Origin: a virus
Lineage: Duplodnaviria; Heunggongvirae; Uroviricota; Caudoviricetes
Reading direction: 5' to 3' (one strand)
IMG/VR virus record: IMGVR_UViG_2541047433_000011
Length of the DNA: 6,019 nt
Below are positions 5,988 through 6,019 of the stretch, one piece after another. The translations under genes were made by a program, and so were the position numbers. The notes beneath the pieces are model-generated. The model had not been told where the DNA came from, did no database searches, and worked only from the letters and a program-made list of their open reading frames with translations. The number at the start of each line of letters is the position of its first letter. Position 1 is the stretch's first letter.

Positions 5988-6019
5988 AAATCCACCCCGT
6001 AAATCCAGTCAGTGTTTGT
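5984..6019 (-). CDS. O: Replication initiator O, 3' end (last 11 codons plus stop); truncated by the window edge
   Basis: The minus-strand frame reads ...TNTDWIYGVDL*, with the stop overlapping the P start codon as in lambda O-P. The assignment rests on position plus this short C-terminal peptide. Confidence 0.6.
   Translation of the reverse strand, partial: TNTDWIYGVDL

Noticed and set aside
1-6019. CRISPR arrays, tRNA or rRNA genes, IS elements
   Set aside because: No spaced direct repeats, no cloverleaf-capable segments with conserved tRNA features, and no transposase ORF or terminal inverted repeats were found by eye on either strand.

Overview
This window is a lambdoid prophage segment of the DLP12 type from an enterobacterial (E. 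coli/Shigella-like) genome, with every credible gene on the minus strand. Reading in the direction of transcription (high to low coordinate) it carries: the 3' end of replication gene O, P, ren, an AT-rich inserted module (SMR efflux pump emrE plus the large serine recombinase ybcK, followed by a ~500-bp mostly non-coding stretch with a doubtful 63-aa ORF and two perfect hairpins), a ylcH-like mini-ORF, ybcN (NinB family), ninE, ybcO, rusA, ylcG and a Q-like late antiterminator, then a compact promoter/terminator module. P, Ren, EmrE, RusA, NinE and the O C-terminus were recognised from their translated sequences; YbcK, YbcN, YbcO and YlcG by recollection of the K-12 DLP12 proteins plus motifs and synteny. 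The Q call rests on position and size only. Four genes were not in the ORF track or had wrong starts there and were found by hand translation: ninE, ylcG, a 32-aa ylcH-like ORF, and the ATG starts of emrE and ybcO. I see no rRNA, tRNA, CRISPR array or IS element. Nothing here is clearly a new system; the most interesting items are the emrE-ybcK insertion with its flanking inverted repeats, the compact Q-proximal promoter/terminator module, and a hairpin that buries the ribosome-binding site and start codon of the ylcH-like ORF. All coordinates and motifs were derived by hand and no database search was possible.
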